Positions 63,179 through 63,770 of a stretch of DNA of 63,770 bases are shown here, piece by piece. The position numbers and the translations under genes are program-made. The stretch spans positions 42,348,231 to 42,412,000 of the forward strand of contig CM052818.1 in the NCBI GenBank assembly GCA_028534125.1. Reading direction: 5' to 3'. Origin of the DNA: Lama glama (taxonomy: Eukaryota). Position 1 is the stretch's first letter; each line of letters starts with the position of its first letter. Under the pieces are notes generated by a model that worked only from the letters and a program-made list of their open reading frames with translations, searched no databases and was not told the DNA's origin.

Positions 63179-63770
63179 TATTATATCATTTTAACCTTAT
63201 CATAACTCTTTGGCGGATATGATCTTATCATTCCATTCAGCACATGAGGAAGTAGAGTAGTTAAGAAATCTCTGCAGTATCTCAGTGCTAAAATGTGGCA
63301 GAAATGCAGAATAATGAACTACCATTACTGGCAGACAGTGTAGAGGCTCAGTGTTAACTCTGGGTTAGACACCTATAAGGGCGTGTGTGTCTGTGTGTAT
63401 ACTGTTCTGTATTAAGTTATATATTATATTATCCTCAAAGTAACCTGATACGTTAGCTATTATTACCTTATTTTTACATGGTCACAGAGCTGTTAAGTGG
63501 CAGGGTCAGCATTCAGTCTGAGACTGAACTACCACAGTGAAATCATTTCTGGCTCCATGAATTAGTCTATTAATACTTTATCAACTTTAACTAAAAACCA
63601 AAGCCTGGCCTTAATAAAAATTAGCTTCTATAGCAGCTCCTTAAAGTAAACACACGTATTTGTGGGGGCTCATGTGGCATGACTGCTTATTTGTCCTAGA
63701 AAATAAATTGTAAGCCAAAATCTTTCCTCTTCTTATTTTAACACAAAGGATTTTCCCCCATCGTATGTCT

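Noticed and set aside
1..63770. A novel multi-gene, defence or CRISPR-like system
   Set aside because: This is a eukaryotic intron-exon locus. It has no operons, no repeat-spacer array and no long unexplained ORF; all convincing coding signal belongs to NBAS.
53709..63770. Next NBAS exon (expected to begin VDIADIENEE)
   Set aside because: No matching frame seen, so it presumably lies beyond the window.

Overview
Mammalian genomic DNA, not prokaryotic. It is most likely from a camelid, judged by three Vic-1-like tRNA-derived SINEs and no recognisable Alu, B1, Bov-tA, BovB, PRE-1 or CAN SINEs. The window is an internal part of NBAS (neuroblastoma-amplified sequence; NRZ tethering complex and ER-associated NMD factor) on the + strand. 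Seven coding exons (1919-2029, 11487-11737, 12732-13066, 37453-37671, 40516-40718, 42815-42904, 53513-53708) have canonical AG/GT ends and matching phases and splice into one stop-free frame. From recalled human gene structure they correspond to exons 42-48. The exon 42 and exon 48 reading frames are absent from the ORF track. The rest is intron filled with L1, L2, MIR, MaLR/ERV LTRs, Tigger and hAT-Charlie relics, SINEs, microsatellites and two 500-N assembly gaps. I found no supportable new multi-gene system. The best second-look items are a 67-bp exact templated insertion with a palindromic junction inside an old LTR, an L1+SINE composite bounded by one target-site duplication, two twin-primed L1 inversions, a sharp GC3/CpG patch in exon 44, a possible stop-free exon 45-48 circle flanked by inverted retroelements, and candidate intronic enhancers. 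Repeat subfamily names and human comparisons come from recall and need RepeatMasker/BLAST confirmation.
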